Below are positions 1 through 8,450 of a DNA stretch of 34,836 nt, in pieces. Where the stretch lies: positions 1-34,836 of the IMG/VR virus record IMGVR_UViG_2687453454_000001. One strand, 5' to 3'. The DNA comes from a virus (taxonomy: Duplodnaviria; Heunggongvirae; Uroviricota; Caudoviricetes). How positions within the stretch are numbered: the stretch's first letter is position 1; every line of letters begins with the position of its first letter. Below the pieces are notes generated by a model. That model saw nothing but the letters and a program-made list of their open reading frames with translations, searched no databases and was not told the origin of the DNA. The position numbers and the translations under genes were made by a program.

Positions 1-50
1 TCGTTTCGGCGCAATTTTCAGCAAACGATCAAAAGTGGTGAAAAATATCG

Positions 51-78
51 TTGACTCATCGCGCCAGGTAAGTAGAAT
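51..78 (+). promoter_or_regulatory. candidate sigma70 promoter of the tRNA operon
   Basis: TTGACT at 51-56 and TAGAAT at 73-78 with a 16-bp spacer, about 75 bp upstream of the first tRNA. Confidence 0.45.
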
Positions 79-151
79 GCAACGCATCGAACGGCGGCAC
101 TGATTGCCAGACGATAATAAAATCAAGTGATTAACTGATTGCTTGATGAAT

Positions 152-227
<76 letters not shown>

Positions 228-280
228 GTTTAAAAGACATCGGCGTCAGCGGATGTCTGGCTGAAAGGCCTGAAGAGTTT

Positions 281-354
281 GGCGCGTTAACAAAGCGGTT
301 ATGTAGCGGATTGCAAATCCGTCTAGTCCGGTTCGACTCCGGAACGCGCCTCCA
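281..354 (+). tRNA. cysT: tRNA-Cys (anticodon GCA)
   Basis: 74-nt sequence GGCGCGTTAACAAAGCGGTTATGTAGCGGATTGCAAATCCGTCTAGTCCGGTTCGACTCCGGAACGCGCCTCCA; anticodon loop TGCAAAT. Confidence 0.95.
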
Positions 355-366
355 CTTTCTTCCCGA

Positions 367-453
367 GCCCGGATGGTGGAATCGGTAGACACAAGGGATT
401 TAAAATCCCTCGGCGTTCGCGCTGTGTGGGTTCAAGTCCCACTCCGGGTACCA
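367..453 (+). tRNA. leuZ: tRNA-Leu (anticodon TAA), class II tRNA with long variable arm
   Basis: 87-nt sequence starting GCCCGGATGGTGGAATCGGTAGACACAAGGGATTTAAAATCCC and ending GGGTTCAAGTCCCACTCCGGGTACCA; anticodon loop TTTAAAA. Confidence 0.95.
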
Positions 454-496
454 TGGGAAAGAATAGAATAATCAAAGCAATAAGCAGTGTCGTGAA

Positions 497-518
497 ACCA
501 CCTACGGGTGGTTTTTTT
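497..518 (+). terminator. intrinsic terminator of the tRNA operon
   Basis: Stem ACCACC / GGTGGT with loop TACG followed by a run of seven T. Confidence 0.75.
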
Positions 519-536
519 GTTTTTGTCGTTTGCCAG

Positions 537-566
537 TGGCAGCAAAATGGCAGCAGCGTGGCAGCG
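537..566. repeat. three phased direct repeats of TGGCAGC (538-544, 549-555, 559-565)
   Basis: GTGGCAGCA / ATGGCAGCA / GTGGCAGCG spaced 10-11 bp, between the tRNA terminator and the 3' end of int; candidate integrase arm-type sites. Confidence 0.4.
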
Positions 567-581
567 TATTTTTGTGTTTGT

Positions 582-1589
582 CTATTTTGCCTCTTGGCGG
601 TTATCGAACGGGTTAAGTGCTACCGCAGCATCAAGGTGGTTTGGGGCAAAATGCGCATACCTCATTGTCATCATGATCGTGCTGTGCCCGAGAATTTGCT
701 GTAACACCAAAATATTCCCACCTCGCATCATGAAGTGACTCGCGAATGTATGACGTAGTACATGGGTACGCTGTCCTTTGGGCAGCTCTATACCTGCGCG
801 TGCGAGAGCTGCCTTAAAAGCCTCGTATGCGGGTGAGAAGAGGGCACCACGCTTTTTAGGGAGCATCGCCTGTAGTTGTTGTGAAATTGGCACTGTGCGG
901 TTCTTCTTGCTTTTGGTTTGCGTAAACGTCAGACGACCAGGAAGGATTTGAGATTGCTTTAAGTCTTGAGCCTCGCTCCATCGTGCACCGGTCGCCAGAC
1001 AAATCCGTACGATAATCCCTAAATCTTTATTTGCGGACTGGTCGCATGCTGCAAGCAATCGGTCAATTTCTTCCTCATACAGAAAAGCCAGCTCCTGATC
1101 ACCTTCTTTGAACTGCCTGATTCCAGACAGCGGGTTATCTCCTTCCCATTCCCCCAGCCGCTTCATTTCCGAGAATACTGCATGCAGATAAGACTGCTCG
1201 CGGTTTACTGTCGCTTCACTCAGCTTCTTCTTGCCTTTCTGATTCCATTCACCACTCAAACGCCGTTCCCGGTATACAGCGAAAGTGTTTTTATCAAAGT
1301 GAGAAGCCAATGGATCACCAAGACGTTCGCATATGGCCAGTAATTTCACCTTTCTTTCATCACCAGATGAGAGCGTTTTGCCATGCATCTCGTACCAGCG
1401 TTCAACGAATGCCGAAAGAGTCACAGCGCTGTCGTTTACCGGCTGGTTTGCAGCGTTATTCATTAAACGGCGCTCATGGGAGAGCGCTTCACCTTTGGTA
1501 GCAAATTGCTTACGTATGCGTTTCCCATCACGCCCGTAAGGGAAACACTGACAAAGCCATTTACCGGAGGGTAGTTTTCGGACGGTCAA
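582..1589 (-). CDS. int: P2-family tyrosine integrase
   Basis: 335-aa ORF with catalytic-type motifs ATGARWSEA, HVLRHTFASH and MRYAHF; close resemblance by eye to P2 Int; adjacent to a tRNA gene. Confidence 0.9.
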   Translation of the reverse strand: MTVRKLPSGKWLCQCFPYGRDGKRIRKQFATKGEALSHERRLMNNAANQPVNDSAVTLSAFVERWYEMHGKTLSSGDERKVKLLAICERLGDPLASHFDKNTFAVYRERRLSGEWNQKGKKKLSEATVNREQSYLHAVFSEMKRLGEWEGDNPLSGIRQFKEGDQELAFLYEEEIDRLLAACDQSANKDLGIIVRICLATGARWSEAQDLKQSQILPGRLTFTQTKSKKNRTVPISQQLQAMLPKKRGALFSPAYEAFKAALARAGIELPKGQRTHVLRHTFASHFMMRGGNILVLQQILGHSTIMMTMRYAHFAPNHLDAAVALNPFDNRQEAK

Positions 1590-2464
1590 TTACTCACCTC
1601 TGCATCATCATCAGATCCTGCATACGCGAGTGAAATGAACATTTCCGCAGCGTTATCAAGATGTGCATAGGTTGATGTAAATTCGATATCTCGACACCTA
1701 CAGACGAATGGGCGCGTTTGATTTTCTGGTTGGAAGGATAAACTTACAACTGGAGTTTTGCGTGGTTTACCATTTTTGAAAAAGTTACAGACATCCAAAC
1801 GATTGCAAAGGCCTGCATCATCTTGATAAGTAGCAACATGCCACCCCATACCATGAAGTGTATCGGCAAATGCTAAATGCACTTCTTCGATATTTTTATA
1901 TAAGCCAACGGAGTATTGTTTTTTCTTACTCTCATTACGTTTTCTTGGCAGGGATGGGAGCCTTGCTACACCAGGTATTTCAATTTTTTCCAAGCTGAAT
2001 GTTTTTACCGGGTGAGTCGGAGATGATAGGTCCGCTGCTCGCAGCGTAAAGTTATCAAGCAATGTCAGAGGAAGGATATCTCTTGCTGCTCCGGATCGTT
2101 CACCTCCGTGATAAATGATTGATAAATTATCTTTGGTATCAATTGACGACCAGATCAGGTCCAGAAGAGGGTGTTCATCATGGATTGTAAATGTTGGTGT
2201 ATTGCCCTTTTGACCTTCTATATTTTGCGCATCCGACAAGGGGGATAGGTTTAGAAATTGCTCGGTCGACAGCACCTCTGAACCTTGCTGAGATGCCTTT
2301 TTTATTTTGCTCGGACCAGCATTTTCACCGCAACAGAGATAGTTAAGATCCTTGGTGACATCACTTCTAACGACATATCCACGAGCTTTAGCAATTTCAA
2401 TAAGCTCATTTTTGTCTTTTTTCCCAAAACCTGTAAAACAAATAGTCCTCATATAAAACCCCAC
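1586..2464 (-). CDS. BRCT-domain protein with WYL-like middle domain and C-terminal extension (cargo gene; function unknown)
   Basis: N-terminus TICFTGFGKKDKNELIEIAKARGYVVRSDVTKDLNYLCCGENAGPSKIKKASQQG has the BRCT pattern; the middle LSIIYHGGERSGAARDILPLTLLDNFTLRAADL...KTFSLEKIEI resembles a WYL domain. Probable ATG start at 2452 (ORF track start at 2464 is GTG). Its stop overlaps the int start by 4 nt. Local GC is lower than the phage core. Confidence 0.7.
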   Translation of the reverse strand: MGFYMRTICFTGFGKKDKNELIEIAKARGYVVRSDVTKDLNYLCCGENAGPSKIKKASQQGSEVLSTEQFLNLSPLSDAQNIEGQKGNTPTFTIHDEHPLLDLIWSSIDTKDNLSIIYHGGERSGAARDILPLTLLDNFTLRAADLSSPTHPVKTFSLEKIEIPGVARLPSLPRKRNESKKKQYSVGLYKNIEEVHLAFADTLHGMGWHVATYQDDAGLCNRLDVCNFFKNGKPRKTPVVSLSFQPENQTRPFVCRCRDIEFTSTYAHLDNAAEMFISLAYAGSDDDAEVSN

Positions 2465-2468
2465 GAAG

Positions 2469-3098
2469 TCAGAAAAATAATGAACCTAACAGGAAACCAA
2501 TTAAGAAGATGACAATGAATTCTTTCGCGTGGGATCGCAGCAATGTAGTGACATCCAATGGAGAGTGATTCTCTCTCGGGGGAGAAGGCGGAATATCTTG
2601 TGTTTGCTGGTCCAGCCACGATAAACACATTTGAAGCTGGTTGCGTGTTAGGTCATTCAGTCGACCAGTTCCGAAGTTAACATGGCAATAACGAATCAGT
2701 TTCTGCCTCAATTCGCTGTCTTCACTATTTCGAAGGAGAAGGCTAACAAGTGCTTTACTTGCATCTTTATCCTTAGCGCGTTCGAGCATGGACTGCAAAA
2801 AGCTAACTGCAGTCTGATATTGGTTGACGGTCATTTCTTCGATACTCGAAACGCCAATCTCTGCATGCAGCTTTTGCCAGATCTCATATGCTTCATTGCC
2901 GTAGGAATCAGAAACAAGTGCTACTAGGGCATTAAGTTCTTTTCTCTGCGCCCTAACCAAAGGACGCTCATCGTGAGTATCTGAGGGAATCGCAATGTTG
3001 ATGGTGTGACGGCCATCAAATTTATCGATCTGAACGCGGTTTTCTGTGAAGTCGCGTCCAGCGGTGCGGTTTTGATCTCCAGAGGAATTCACTTCCAT
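2469..3098 (-). CDS. hypothetical protein with C-terminal transmembrane anchor (cargo gene)
   Basis: 209-aa ORF; C-terminus FIVIFLIGFLLGSLFF is a hydrophobic helix; GGGAAG RBS-like sequence about 5 nt upstream of the ATG; starts 13 bp after the repressor stop and ends 4 bp before the BRCT gene. Confidence 0.6.
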   Translation of the reverse strand: MEVNSSGDQNRTAGRDFTENRVQIDKFDGRHTINIAIPSDTHDERPLVRAQRKELNALVALVSDSYGNEAYEIWQKLHAEIGVSSIEEMTVNQYQTAVSFLQSMLERAKDKDASKALVSLLLRNSEDSELRQKLIRYCHVNFGTGRLNDLTRNQLQMCLSWLDQQTQDIPPSPPRENHSPLDVTTLLRSHAKEFIVIFLIGFLLGSLFF

Positions 3099-3111
3099 AC
3101 TGCTTCCCTAT

Positions 3112-3501
3112 TTATTTTTTTTCGTTGTAATCCCTGCCAGCCACTCGGTTGCCATTTCCTGACACATTGACTGAGTTTGAGACGGAGTTGCCAGCCGTTA
3201 AGGCTGCAAATACAGCAGCTTTGATGGCTAATGGGGCGTTTCTGAAATGATTAATTAGATCATGCTCGTCCCGTGTTAGTGCAACACCACCAGATTCTTG
3301 CCCTGTCAAAATGAACTGGACGTTAGCCCCATTGAGGGCGAAGGAACGCAAAACATTGCCGCCGGGAACGGCAGCGCCTCGCTCATACTTCCCCCAAATT
3401 TCTCTGGATATACCGCAAAGTTCTGCAATGGAGGCTTGATTAAAGCCCAATCTTTTCCGTTCATTTTTCAATCTGATAGCGCATTGAGAATCAAAGTTCA
3501 T
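3112..3501 (-). CDS. prophage immunity repressor (HTH, XRE/CI-like)
   Basis: Helix-turn-helix signature RLKNERKRLGFNQASIAELCGISREIWGKYERG; divergent from the early operon as for P2 C / 186 cI. Start chosen at the ATG at 3501 because the upstream in-frame starts (3537, GTG 3555) overlap the promoter/operator; the maximal ORF is 3112..3555. Confidence 0.7.
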   Translation of the reverse strand: MNFDSQCAIRLKNERKRLGFNQASIAELCGISREIWGKYERGAAVPGGNVLRSFALNGANVQFILTGQESGGVALTRDEHDLINHFRNAPLAIKAAVFAALTAGNSVSNSVNVSGNGNRVAGRDYNEKK

Positions 3502-3511
3502 AAAACACCGT

Positions 3512-3540
3512 TTGACAATGAGAACTATTGTTCTCATACT
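3512..3540 (+). promoter_or_regulatory. candidate early (lytic) promoter with overlapping palindromic operator
   Basis: TTGACA at 3512-3517, 17-bp spacer, CATACT at 3535-3540; the spacer holds the palindrome ATGAGAAC-TATT-GTTCTCAT (3518-3537). Confidence 0.5.
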
Positions 3541-3578
3541 GTTTTCCACAGACACTTAGCAGATCACAATATACCACT

Positions 3579-3791
3579 ATGACACAAGCACAAAACACAC
3601 AGCGGGCGCGTACGCCCAAAAACAGCGTAGCGGGAGGGTCTTTACCGCTACGTCTGTCACCTGAAGAACGCACTGAAATTGAAGCAATGGCAGAGGCTGA
3701 ATGTCGATCTGCTTCAAACATGGTTCGCATAGTTTTTTTGCGCGGGCTTGAGTGCATGAAATCCACACATTTGCCGCAATCTGGTAACTGA
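3579..3791 (+). CDS. small early-operon protein, possible ribbon-helix-helix regulator
   Basis: First ORF of the plus-strand early operon; motif RLSPEERTEIEAMAEAECRSASNMVR resembles RHH DNA-binding proteins; start uncertain (ATG 3579 has a weak RBS; ORF track starts at TTG 3528). Confidence 0.4.
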   Translation: MTQAQNTQRARTPKNSVAGGSLPLRLSPEERTEIEAMAEAECRSASNMVRIVFLRGLECMKSTHLPQSGN

Positions 3792-3811
3792 TACTAGCGT
3801 GTGAGGTAGAA

Positions 3812-4015
3812 ATGACGGGCGTGACCATCAATATGAATGTTGCTGCTCCTTATGTATCTCTCAAGGAGTATTCCAGACTAACCGGCATTCCATTCGACAC
3901 ATGCAGGTTAATGGTTCGCGACGGAAGGATAATTATCAGACCTAAAGAGCTATCAGGGGGCAAGGTAGAAGTAAACATGATAGCCATGCTCAAGGATGCA
4001 ATAGCCAATAGCTAA
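3812..4015 (+). CDS. Cox-like small DNA-binding protein (putative excisionase / switch regulator)
   Basis: 67 aa; GAGGT RBS-like sequence at 3803-3807; PYVSLKEYSRLTGIPFDTCRLMVRDGRI resembles the P2 Cox HTH region as I recall it. Confidence 0.5.
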   Translation: MTGVTINMNVAAPYVSLKEYSRLTGIPFDTCRLMVRDGRIIIRPKELSGGKVEVNMIAMLKDAIANS

Positions 4016-4044
4016 CAGTTCAATTATTTAGTGGGGCAGGGCGC

Positions 4045-4227
4045 ATGCTTGTTCAACTCAACAGCAAAACAGCAATCTATCGCGGCTTCACAATCCTGAA
4101 GCTGCCACGGAAAAAACCGTATTCGCGCCAGCGTTACCAAATCACCAAAGATGGTAATTATCTGGGGCTGGACTTCGGATTGTCTCAGGCTAGACAGACT
4201 ATCGATCAGCTACATCGGGGGCATTAA
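4045..4227 (+). CDS. hypothetical early protein
   Basis: 60-aa ORF in the early operon; its TAA stop overlaps the next ATG (TAATG). Confidence 0.4.
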   Translation: MLVQLNSKTAIYRGFTILKLPRKKPYSRQRYQITKDGNYLGLDFGLSQARQTIDQLHRGH

Positions 4228-4508
4228 TGACAACTTCAACAGCAGCAGTTATGGAAGCGCGAAACCGTTTAAATGCTAACAGACGCGATGGTACGCGCAC
4301 TTTATCTCGTGGCGGTTACGGCCCTGATCATCAATACAGCAGATCTCGTAATGTTGTTCAGGGTATGGCTCTTTCCGATATTGCGCGAAATGGTTTTGAG
4401 GTGCGTTGTAAAGAAACAGGAATTCAATTTTCAATTCTTCCAGGCGGTTCGATTTGCGAATTATTCTCCGCAGAATTAGAAGCGTATTGGAATAGCGGCG
4501 CGCGCTGA
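4227..4508 (+). CDS. hypothetical early protein
   Basis: 93-aa ORF translationally coupled to the preceding ORF. Confidence 0.45.
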   Translation: MTTSTAAVMEARNRLNANRRDGTRTLSRGGYGPDHQYSRSRNVVQGMALSDIARNGFEVRCKETGIQFSILPGGSICELFSAELEAYWNSGAR

Positions 4509-4588
4509 TTAAATAACGATACTTTGAACTGATCTATATACGGCATTTTTGCCGGGGCTTCGCTTTATCTTTTTTCAGAGGATTGAAC

Positions 4589-4756
4589 ATGACAATTCAA
4601 AAAAATGACCGCGCTCACCTGCTTGGGTTGTTACGTATCAAATTAAACCTTATGAAGAAAGAAAAGCTTTCCACTAATGAAATTTACCGCAGCCTGGAAG
4701 ATTGGATCGGCAACAGAGAACAGGTAGCAGTAAACAAGGAGCGTAAAAATGGTTAA
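4589..4756 (+). CDS. small hypothetical protein (55 aa), not in the ORF track
   Basis: ATG at 4589 preceded by GAGG; uninterrupted frame to a TAA that overlaps the methylase start. Confidence 0.35.
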   Translation: MTIQKNDRAHLLGLLRIKLNLMKKEKLSTNEIYRSLEDWIGNREQVAVNKERKNG

Positions 4757-5711
4757 CTCCCCTCTTATTTGGGTGGGCGGCAAGTCTCGCGCTATGTCGC
4801 ATGTGCTTGATGCTTTGCCCCACGGTGAATGCCTGGTTGAGCCTTTCGTGGGAAGCGGTAGCGTCTTCCTGAACACTGATTACAAAACCTATGTTCTCTG
4901 CGATAGCAATGCAGCGCTGATTAATTTCTTTTCAATGGTTAAACGTAATACCGAGGAGCTTTTAACTGCTTCCGCAAAGATATTCGAAAAGGGTAATAAT
5001 GAGATTATATACTATGAATATCGCGACGAATTTAATGTAATCAATCGTGAGTTTAAATATGACCGCCGAAAATATAATGATGAAACGTTAGTTAGATATG
5101 CGGCGCTGTTCCTTTATTTAAACCGCCATTGCTATAACGGTGTATATCGCGTTAATTTGAAAAATGAATTCAACGTTCCTTTTGGTTTTCGTAAGAAGCC
5201 AATTTTCCCTGTGGCTGAGATTCAGCATTTTGCTAAAAGAGCGTGGGAAAAGGGGGCTATGTTCCTGCATGGTGATTTCAGAGCAACAATCCCGCTGGCG
5301 ATTGGTCATTCGGGCTCCGTGGTTTATTGCGATCCGCCATACCTGCCAGCTAGCGAAACTGCGAATTTTACGGCTTACGGCAAGCCATTTACCGATGCAG
5401 ATCACCGCACCTTGGTTGCGATGCTTTCACGCCTCTACAACAACGCAAAAATACCATCTGTCATATCTGGCAGTGACACACCAGAGACGCACCAAATTTA
5501 TTACCCGTTCACCCTAAAAGCTTTCGACGTTCGGCGCTCAGTGGGGGCCAAAACTCGCAACCTTGCTGGCGAGGTTATAGGTACTCTGTGTGTCTGCGAT
5601 TGCTGTGGGAGTGTGGGCGGTGGCTGTCCTGATTGTGGGGCGGTGATGGGCGATGCGACTTATTCAGAAATGGTCGCTTCTGGTGCTTTTGAAGATCAGG
5701 AGGTGTTCTGA
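4749..5711 (+). CDS. DNA N6-adenine methyltransferase (Dam family) with Cys-rich C-terminal tail
   Basis: N-terminal IWVGGKS, SAM-binding EPFVGSGSVFLN and catalytic YCDPPY motifs; C-terminal CVCDCCGSVGGGCPDCG cluster. Confidence 0.85.
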   Translation: MVNSPLIWVGGKSRAMSHVLDALPHGECLVEPFVGSGSVFLNTDYKTYVLCDSNAALINFFSMVKRNTEELLTASAKIFEKGNNEIIYYEYRDEFNVINREFKYDRRKYNDETLVRYAALFLYLNRHCYNGVYRVNLKNEFNVPFGFRKKPIFPVAEIQHFAKRAWEKGAMFLHGDFRATIPLAIGHSGSVVYCDPPYLPASETANFTAYGKPFTDADHRTLVAMLSRLYNNAKIPSVISGSDTPETHQIYYPFTLKAFDVRRSVGAKTRNLAGEVIGTLCVCDCCGSVGGGCPDCGAVMGDATYSEMVASGAFEDQEVF

Positions 5712-5884
5712 TGAATACAGTTGAGGCGGTAGTAACAAAGGTTCTGGATGTTCGCCCTTACCGTAATTTCTGGATCACGCGCGTTGAGGTTCTCAGCGAG
5801 GGTGGTTACAGCAACACCGAGATAATCAGTTATACCGAACGTGACGCGCGGGAAGTAAGGCTCGGCGACACTGTGACAATCTAA
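5711..5884 (+). CDS. small hypothetical protein (57 aa), not in the ORF track
   Basis: ATG at 5711 overlaps the methylase TGA stop; ends just upstream of the A gene RBS. Confidence 0.35.
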   Translation: MNTVEAVVTKVLDVRPYRNFWITRVEVLSEGGYSNTEIISYTERDAREVRLGDTVTI

Positions 5885-5893
5885 GGTGAGCCG

Positions 5894-8335
5894 GTGACTC
5901 AGGCGCGTCGTGTTCACTCAATGACTACGGATAAACCGGGCAACTTTGACGAGTCTGCCCGGTACGCCTATCCGTGGAATGAACCAAAACAGGCCATTGC
6001 CGTTGATAAGACTCCTGCTGTTGATCTATATGAATTGGGTCAAGAGCAGGAGTTTTTCGCGTGGGTTGAAGATACTCTCAAGCCACTACCTACATTTATT
6101 CGCCGCCGCGTTTCATCCCGCATAAATGCCGTACACGCTGACAAAGGGCGTCATATTGCAAAGTTAACTCTTCTCAATATCGTGGCGCGTGACCTTCCAC
6201 ACGTGCGAGCAGTTACAGAGCAATATGCCGCGCCTGTTGGCAGTGACTGGATCATTTATTCCGAATTAAACCCACTTTTTCATACGTTTGATAACCTTCG
6301 CGAACTAACGCGCCGGTTCAATCAGTTGGCTGACTGCACGGACGAAGATATTGATTTACTTGCTCAGGATATCGCTATTTATGCCAATGCTGCCTTAGCT
6401 GAAGTGAGTGAAACCTGTGCTGTACTTAGCCCTGTAGAGTACAGCAAACGAATGCTGCTGGAAGGCTCAAGGCTGATTGCTTACTTCGGGCTAATCGCGC
6501 CCTGGGCTTCACGGCGCAAAATGCCACTTGATGAAATGGCTGCTTCAATTCGAAAAATTCTTGATGATCATTTTTGGTCACGCCTGCTGCGAAAGTACGC
6601 GCGCCGCTGGCGTGAACATCTGCATATTGCCTTTGGTGATGTGCGTCGCGATGTGTCCCCCTATTGCAGCAAAAATCACGTTAAACAGTGGGATGCGCGT
6701 CGCAAACGTAGCAGGGCAATCATGAGCCGCCTGGAACTTGAAGATCAGGTTACGGGTGAGCGCATGTCGTTGATAGAACAGATTGATAAAAGCGTATCGA
6801 ATCCTGAAAAGCGCCGCGTAGAACTTATGACGCGTATTGGTGGCTTTGAGAAGGTGGCAACGGAAAGCGGTTATGCCGGAAGTTTCTTCACGCTCACCGC
6901 CCCGTCTAAATATCATGCCTATACCGCGTTTGGACACCGCAACCACAAGTGGAACGGGGCAAGCCCTCGCCGATCACAGCGGTATCTCAATCAAATATGG
7001 CAACAGATTCGCGCTGAACTCGCACGCCGCGAAATTCCTGTATTCGGTCTTCGCGTTGCTGAATCCCATCATGACGGTACTCCGCACTGGCATGGCCTGC
7101 TGTTTACAGACCCAGAGCACACTGATGAGTTGAAAGAGGTCATGGAAGACTACGCAACGCGTGAGGATGCGGAAGAGTTAACTGGCAAGTCTGGTAAGCA
7201 GCCCCGCTTTGAACTTAAGCCGATTGATCCGGCTTTGGGTAGCGCTACGGGTTATGTCGTTAAATACATCTCAAAAAACATTGATGGTTACGCTCTGGAC
7301 GGCGAGAGCGATCATGAAAGTGGACGCCCTCTGAAGGAAACCGCTAAGCACGCAACAGCCTGGGCGTCATGCTGGGGGATACGCCAATTTCAGTTTTTAG
7401 GGGGAGCGCCGGTGTCAGTCTGGCGTGAACTTCGCCGCCTGAAAAATCAGGATTTAGCCGACAGGGTTAGTCCTGTTTTTGGTGAGCTGCACCGCGCGGC
7501 TCACGCAGGAGATTGGCAGGGTTACATCACCTTACAGGGTGGCCCTTTTGTTTCCCGTTCCAAGTTGGTGCTGCGCGCCTGGTATCAATACAAAAACGAG
7601 CCAAGCAGTTACGGCGAGTATCAGAAAGCTATCAAGGGTCTGGTTATGCCAGCATCCAGCATTCCGCCCGTAGAAACGCGCCTCCATTCTTATCGCATTG
7701 TGAAGATGAGGCCTAAATCTTCAGACCGTGTCGATCCGGGTTTTGACCTTAAGGGCGCGTCTGCGACCTCTTGGACTCGTGTCAATAACTGTACGGAGTA
7801 CAAAAAACACACAGTTTCACCGCCTGTCTATCCTCCAGATCTGACTGTGCCAGCTGGCGAAATACAGCCAGAGCAATTTGAAATCGGTCAGTTAAGCCGA
7901 GATCAGAGAAAACAGATTGAGGAAGACATCAGAAACCACAAATCAAATCAGCGTGTTTCACCTGCTGATCAGTTTGAGATGCTTGCATTAAGCATTACTG
8001 CCGGTGATTGCACCGATTATGACCGGGCTAGGGCTGAAAGCTATATGAAGGCAGCACATGCTCTTCGCCAGGAAGAAAGCGCGGTGAGTGAGGAGGTTGA
8101 ATCCCTGGCCAAGGAAATTATGGGATGGGCGAAGATGAGAAAAATTTCAATCAATCCGGTACAGGCGATGAAGCTGGCTCAGGGGGGAGAAGTAATGGCA
8201 CTTGATACGACATATCGGGCTAACCCGGTAACGGGTGAATTGATTGTGACCGGTGCAGATAAGCACTGGCGCAAGACGCTGGCACGACACAAGGCAGAGA
8301 CATTAGTTAACCGCTGGCTTCAGGCGGTTAAGTGA
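5894..8335 (+). CDS. A: P2 gpA-like rolling-circle replication initiator
   Basis: 813 aa; motifs HHDGTPHWHGLLF and GYVVKYISKNIDGYALDG match the P2 A family; GTG start at 5894 with AAGGTGAG RBS (alternative ATG at 5921). Confidence 0.9.
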   Translation: MTQARRVHSMTTDKPGNFDESARYAYPWNEPKQAIAVDKTPAVDLYELGQEQEFFAWVEDTLKPLPTFIRRRVSSRINAVHADKGRHIAKLTLLNIVARDLPHVRAVTEQYAAPVGSDWIIYSELNPLFHTFDNLRELTRRFNQLADCTDEDIDLLAQDIAIYANAALAEVSETCAVLSPVEYSKRMLLEGSRLIAYFGLIAPWASRRKMPLDEMAASIRKILDDHFWSRLLRKYARRWREHLHIAFGDVRRDVSPYCSKNHVKQWDARRKRSRAIMSRLELEDQVTGERMSLIEQIDKSVSNPEKRRVELMTRIGGFEKVATESGYAGSFFTLTAPSKYHAYTAFGHRNHKWNGASPRRSQRYLNQIWQQIRAELARREIPVFGLRVAESHHDGTPHWHGLLFTDPEHTDELKEVMEDYATREDAEELTGKSGKQPRFELKPIDPALGSATGYVVKYISKNIDGYALDGESDHESGRPLKETAKHATAWASCWGIRQFQFLGGAPVSVWRELRRLKNQDLADRVSPVFGELHRAAHAGDWQGYITLQGGPFVSRSKLVLRAWYQYKNEPSSYGEYQKAIKGLVMPASSIPPVETRLHSYRIVKMRPKSSDRVDPGFDLKGASATSWTRVNNCTEYKKHTVSPPVYPPDLTVPAGEIQPEQFEIGQLSRDQRKQIEEDIRNHKSNQRVSPADQFEMLALSITAGDCTDYDRARAESYMKAAHALRQEESAVSEEVESLAKEIMGWAKMRKISINPVQAMKLAQGGEVMALDTTYRANPVTGELIVTGADKHWRKTLARHKAETLVNRWLQAVK

Positions 8336-8419
8336 GTTTTGAATCAGGTCAGTGTTGTCGGAGCGGTGACGGATGTAAGTGCGATTCGGCTATTCAATGG
8401 AGTTAGAAAGGATAAATAG

Positions 8420-8446
8420 AAATGCCCCGTTGCCGGGGCATTTTTA
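8420..8446. terminator. bidirectional intrinsic terminator
   Basis: Stem ATGCCCCG / CGGGGCAT with loop TTGC, flanked by A-rich sequence on one side and T-rich on the other; sits between convergent gene A and the HTH gene. Confidence 0.7.
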
Positions 8447-8450
8447 CTTA

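Noticed and set aside
6578-6946. 122-aa minus-strand ORF inside gene A
   Set aside because: Nested antisense frame in a conserved replication gene with no independent signals.
582-8335. Initial suspicion of a P4-like satellite because of an integrase next to a tRNA-Leu gene
   Set aside because: The integrase resembles P2 Int, the large replication protein has gpA rolling-circle motifs rather than primase-helicase motifs, and a full P2-type structural gene set follows.
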